This document shows positions 59,977 through 64,000 of a stretch of DNA of 64,000 bases, piece after piece. The position numbers were made by a program, and so were the translations under genes. Positions within the stretch are counted from its first letter, which is position 1, and every line of letters begins with the position of its first letter. Source of the DNA: Candidatus Latescibacterota bacterium (GTDB taxonomy: Bacteria > Latescibacterota > UBA2968 > UBA8231). The notes beneath the pieces are model-generated. The model had not been told where the DNA came from. It did not search any database and saw only the letters and a program-made list of their open reading frames with translations. Location: NCBI GenBank assembly GCA_965248265.1, contig CBDFJF010000002.1:448001-512000 (forward strand), written 5' to 3'.

Positions 59977-61374
59977 TCATTCGGCTGACGGCCGGTCTTG
60001 AATCCACAGGCTGGCGATTGTGGCGGCCAGCGAAGAGGCCACGATGACCCATAGGACGCGCTCGAATCCGGCAATACTATCAACTGCAACTATGCTATCC
60101 ACCCCAACTTCTCCACTGACTACGTACAGCATGGGTAGAGCACTGGAGCCGGCGATGCTCCCGATGTACCGGCTGGTAGAGAAGATGCCGGAAGCGGAGC
60201 CGGATTGCTCCCGGCTGACTGATTCGAGGACGGCCGTCTGCAGGCCCGCTTGAGATAACCCGAGTCCGATACCGGCAATCATCAACCCGATGAGCAGTAC
60301 CCACAAATCATCGGGTCCGTTGTCGAACAGAAGCAGGGCCGCCATGCCGATGGTGAGCAGAAACAGCCCGAGGCAGGTCGGCCAGCGACGGCCCCAGAGG
60401 TCGGCGAGGCGTCCTCCCAGTGGAGCACAGAACACGGTGGGTGCCCACAGGGTCGAGAGGACGAGTCCAACCTGAGTGCTCGACCAGCCTGGCAGGTCGG
60501 CGAGCAACAGAGGAATGGCCAGGAAGGTCGTGTACATGGCCAGGTTGCTGAGGGCAACGCCGGCATTGCCGGCAGCGAAGGTCGCGCGGCGGAAGAATCG
60601 CGGCTGAAACACCGGATCGTCGTGGCGCGACTCTCGCCAGAGGAAGTGCACGGCCAGCGCTGCGAGGACGGCACCAGCTCCCCATCTACCCATGGCCGGC
60701 CAGGTCTGCAGTGAACCCGTCAGCAGGATCGCACCACCGCACAACAGTGCCAGCAGTTGCAGCGCTCCCACCAGATCGAATGGCTGGCGCCGGCGCTCTC
60801 CAACAATTCCGGGTAACGCTCGCAACGCCAGAATCAGCGCGGGCAGAATGATCAGGAGGTTGGCGTAGAACACGGCGCGCCAACCGGCGACTCGGATCAA
60901 GACGCCACCGAGAGGAGGGCCGGCGGCAGCGGCGAGCACGATCGCCGACCCCAACAGACCGATGCGGCTGGCCCGGCGTTCAGCCGGCACGATCTCGCGC
61001 ATCAGTGCCATGCCGTTGGGTAAGGCGATGGCCCCGGCGATCCCCTGCTGGACACGGAAGATGAGCAACTCCGTCAGACTCGACGCGAAGGCGGCGCCGA
61101 GAGAGGCGATGCCGAAGTAGACGAGGCCTCCGATGATGAGGGGCCGTCGTCCCAGGCGGTCGCCGAGCTTGCCGCCCACCGGTTGCAGCGACGCCATCGT
61201 GATCAGGTAGGCGATCACGAGCCAGCTCCCGGCGCTGAGGTCCGTCGTGAACTCTCGCATGATCTGTGGCAGCGCGACACCGATCATGGTCGAGTTCAGC
61301 GGCGCCAGCATGGTCGCCAGCGCCACTGTAATCAGAATGGTGGTTTCGTTGGAGCGATCGACCTCAGCCGACAA
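59977..61374 (-). CDS. MFS transporter (DHA2-like drug/metabolite efflux)
   Basis: LNSTMIGVALP, GKLGDRLGRR, GPPLGGVL, WRAVFYAN, many TM helices. Confidence 0.88.
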   Translation of the reverse strand: MSAEVDRSNETTILITVALATMLAPLNSTMIGVALPQIMREFTTDLSAGSWLVIAYLITMASLQPVGGKLGDRLGRRPLIIGGLVYFGIASLGAAFASSLTELLIFRVQQGIAGAIALPNGMALMREIVPAERRASRIGLLGSAIVLAAAAGPPLGGVLIRVAGWRAVFYANLLIILPALILALRALPGIVGERRRQPFDLVGALQLLALLCGGAILLTGSLQTWPAMGRWGAGAVLAALAVHFLWRESRHDDPVFQPRFFRRATFAAGNAGVALSNLAMYTTFLAIPLLLADLPGWSSTQVGLVLSTLWAPTVFCAPLGGRLADLWGRRWPTCLGLFLLTIGMAALLLFDNGPDDLWVLLIGLMIAGIGLGLSQAGLQTAVLESVSREQSGSASGIFSTSRYIGSIAGSSALPMLYVVSGEVGVDSIVAVDSIAGFERVLWVIVASSLAATIASLWIQDRPSAE

Positions 61375-63037
61375 TACGGACGATTCCTGCGTCGCCGTCT
61401 ACCTCGACCGTCTGTCCGTCGGCTATTGTATGAGTAGCGACGCCCGTACCGACGACAGCCGGGATTCGGTACTCCCGCGCGACGACGGCGCAGTGACTCA
61501 AAATGCCCCCGGTGTTGGTGACGATGGCAGCCGCCGTAGCGAACAGGGGTGTCCAGGGCGGAGCGGTGGTCTCGGCGACCAGGACATCACCCGGCTTGAG
61601 TTTGTCAGAGTCATCGAGGGAGCTAATGATCCTGGCCGTGCCGGTGACTTTTCCAGGGGAGCCGGCGTTGCCGTTGAGGGTGTCGGCCGAGTCGCTGGGA
61701 GCCGGTGGCAGTCCAAAGAACTTGCCGAAGGCGGAGGTAACCAGGCCTGGGGGTGGTGGTCCGTAGTCCGTTCCCATGAACAGGGGTGGATTCAACGAGT
61801 TGAAGTGCTCGAGCTCATTCTTGCGCTGGCGCACGGCGTCGGCGTGGTCCGGTGCAGACGCTGCAGCAGTGGCTGCACTGATCTCGGCTTTACTCAAAAA
61901 GAAAATGTCTTCCCCGGTCTCAATGGCACCGCTGTTTTCGAGCCGGCGTCCCAACTCCATGACGACCATCCTGATGTCGTAACAGGCACGGAAATCGATC
62001 CAAAAGCCGTGGTCTTCCGTGAGCACGACCGCGGCGGCAGAGGCCTTCAGCAACCCTTCGAACTCGTCCCGCACCGCAGCCGGATAGCCTTCGAGCCGCT
62101 GTCTGACGGCGGCTACAGCTTCCTCACGCTCCGCCGCTCTCTCATCCAACTGGCCGGCGGGGTCCTCATTATGCTCCATGTAATCTTTCAGGTTGACGAT
62201 GACGGGGCTGGGATCCTCGAGCCAGCTGGTGTGGCAGATTCCCCACAGCGTGCCGCGTTGGCCGTAGGCGCCGAGAAACCCCTCGAGCTCTTGCCGGAAC
62301 TGTGCACTGCCGCTCGATGCTTCCAATGCCTCCATCACATCGCCGGCAGCATTTTCCTGGATAATCTTGCGGACTTCGTCTGAAGCCAAGGCTTTACGGC
62401 TCAGGTCCCACAGAGCCCGTCCCAGCTGCAGCGAGGTGTTGTCGTGTCCTTCCAGCAGCCTGTGCGAGTCGAAGGCGCCGTCGTCGGCAAACAGGTCATG
62501 ATGGAGGTCGTCGAACAGGGCCAGCGACACGTACACGGCGATGACGGTCTCGAAATGGATCGCCCACAAACGGGTCGACTCCTCCCACACCTGCTCGAAG
62601 TGGGCGAGCAGTTCAGCCGTCGATGCCTGCGCCAGGTCAAACGCCTCCCACCTGTCGATGTATTCCCTTATTTCGGGCAGCCATTCCGTATCCCAGCGCT
62701 CCTGGAGACCGTGCACGGAGGTCATCACCAGTTTGTCCGAGTGCATGCCCTGCTCCTGCATTTTTTCCATGGGCACGGACGGAAAGATTCCCAGATAGAC
62801 CCAGTAGTTGAAGACCTTGGTGGTGGCCTGCACTGGCATTTCGTAATGCTCCATTCCCAGGTGCATGCCGTGCATGAAGCGGGTCCAGAATTCGCTCTCG
62901 AGTGGCGGCATGGCGTTGGGGAAGTGCATCTTGTCCAGCTGCCACGGGATCATCTGCTCTTCGGGCGCTGCCCACTCGACGGGGAAGTCCTCTTGAGGTG
63001 GGATGGGTCTGGGTTCGGGATGTCCGTGTTCGGCCAT
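61364..63037 (-). CDS. PEP-utilizing enzyme mobile-domain protein (rifampicin-phosphotransferase-like C-terminal half)
   Basis: FLGAYGQRG, DIFFL, GNAGSPG.VTG.AR, TAPPWTPLF, GGILSHCAVVAREYRIPAVVG (phospho-His swivel); no ATP-grasp domain. Confidence 0.82.
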   Translation of the reverse strand: MAEHGHPEPRPIPPQEDFPVEWAAPEEQMIPWQLDKMHFPNAMPPLESEFWTRFMHGMHLGMEHYEMPVQATTKVFNYWVYLGIFPSVPMEKMQEQGMHSDKLVMTSVHGLQERWDTEWLPEIREYIDRWEAFDLAQASTAELLAHFEQVWEESTRLWAIHFETVIAVYVSLALFDDLHHDLFADDGAFDSHRLLEGHDNTSLQLGRALWDLSRKALASDEVRKIIQENAAGDVMEALEASSGSAQFRQELEGFLGAYGQRGTLWGICHTSWLEDPSPVIVNLKDYMEHNEDPAGQLDERAAEREEAVAAVRQRLEGYPAAVRDEFEGLLKASAAAVVLTEDHGFWIDFRACYDIRMVVMELGRRLENSGAIETGEDIFFLSKAEISAATAAASAPDHADAVRQRKNELEHFNSLNPPLFMGTDYGPPPPGLVTSAFGKFFGLPPAPSDSADTLNGNAGSPGKVTGTARIISSLDDSDKLKPGDVLVAETTAPPWTPLFATAAAIVTNTGGILSHCAVVAREYRIPAVVGTGVATHTIADGQTVEVDGDAGIVRIVG

Positions 63038-63068
63038 GATAGAGATCTCCTCTTGGCGGCAGTGGTGT

Positions 63069-63398
63069 CTATTTCGGGGGTAATTTTATAACAAAGGCCA
63101 CGGCCCTGCTAACCCAAGCCCGCAGGTCTTCGTCCGTTCGATAGCCATCAACGGTGACACACACCATACCCTTGATGGCCTTGTCAGTGAAATCAATTTC
63201 GCGAACGTGCGGGTCTTCGACCGCGCGGGCGACGCGTTCCTCACCCAGATGGAGGAGCAGGAGTTCATCCCGCACACCGCAGCACATATGCCCATTCAGC
63301 AGGTAGGCTACGCCGCCAAACATCCGGGCCTCGGTAATCCCCTTCCGACCCTGCAGCAACTTGCGGACTCGCTCAGCGAGGACCGCGTCGTATGGCAT
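63069..63398 (-). CDS. TfoX/Sxy N-terminal domain family protein
   Basis: YDAVLAERVR, EARMFGG..YLLNGHM..GV, LRAWV.RA. Confidence 0.82.
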   Translation of the reverse strand: MPYDAVLAERVRKLLQGRKGITEARMFGGVAYLLNGHMCCGVRDELLLLHLGEERVARAVEDPHVREIDFTDKAIKGMVCVTVDGYRTDEDLRAWVSRAVAFVIKLPPK

Positions 63399-63619
63399 GC
63401 CTTTCCCTTATCTTCGGGCGCTCGAATTTTTTGTTCACACGAAGATAATCCATCTGACGGCTCGCGAGACGGTTTTGCAAGCCACGCCGATGGGCAGAAG
63501 ACGGCGAAAAGTTCACATGGGGCTTGTTGACTGTCGAAGATTGGCGTACCTCTGAAAGTCACAAGTCCGTAACCGCAACAAGCCTGCAAAAAACTCGGGA
63601 TCGGAGCATCGGAGTCGAG

Positions 63620-64000
63620 ATGAGTTTCCCCACAGCCGACTGGTCAACTTTCCCGCACGGTTACAGCCTCCTGCTGAACGAGAAGGCTCAGTTTCCCCAA
63701 GATCTGTCCTGCTGGCGCACGAAAGTCGACGCCTCCCACCAGCTGTTCGTCGACACCCACCTGATCGCGCGCAGCACGAACCTCAAACGCCGGCTGCACC
63801 CTGTTGCCAAGCATCCGGCCAATCCCATCGTCCACGACATGTGGGCGTGTTACGTACATCCCGAGGCCGGCGGTGGCTACCGCATGTACGGCAACGGCTG
63901 GCGCGGTCGACTCGATGGCAAGCCACTGCCTGAAGGTGAGAAGACCGTGTGGATGGCCTCCTCCCGGGACGGCATTGACTGGGATGTGAACGCCCAGCCA
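63620..64000 (+). CDS. Glycoside-hydrolase-like beta-propeller protein, partial (runs off the right edge)
   Basis: Manual translation MSFPTADW...HQLFVDTHLI...KHPANPI...YRMY...SSRDGIDW; GGAG upstream; open to the window end. Confidence 0.65.
   Translation, partial: MSFPTADWSTFPHGYSLLLNEKAQFPQDLSCWRTKVDASHQLFVDTHLIARSTNLKRRLHPVAKHPANPIVHDMWACYVHPEAGGGYRMYGNGWRGRLDGKPLPEGEKTVWMASSRDGIDWDVNAQP

Overview
GC-rich bacterial genomic DNA, densely coding (about 50 CDS). I found no rRNA, tRNA or CRISPR array. Several secreted proteins end in a 'QNxPNPF...WDG.D..G..VASG.Y.Y.L...K..L.K' FlgD-Ig/T9SS-type C-terminal domain, and PhyH dioxygenases and enolase-family dehydratases are common. Together these suggest an FCB-group, Latescibacterota-like organism (inference). 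Most of the window is catabolic and housekeeping genes plus one apparently complete IS630 element. The standout region is 15.8-34.8 kb. It encodes a membrane-anchored STAND-like ATPase fused to a transglutaminase-like/TPR ectodomain, an M48-type protease-TPR protein, two M6 metalloproteases, two paralogous FN3/NHL lipoproteins, an NHL propeller protein and a coiled-coil repeat membrane protein. Three sigma-54 (-24/-12) promoter matches precede its transcription units, and two of them share a palindromic GTCCAG-N4-CWGGAC upstream site at almost the same distance. The window also carries several deletion or frameshift scars, which may be gene decay or assembly artefacts. All functional calls come from motif recognition by eye, not database searches.
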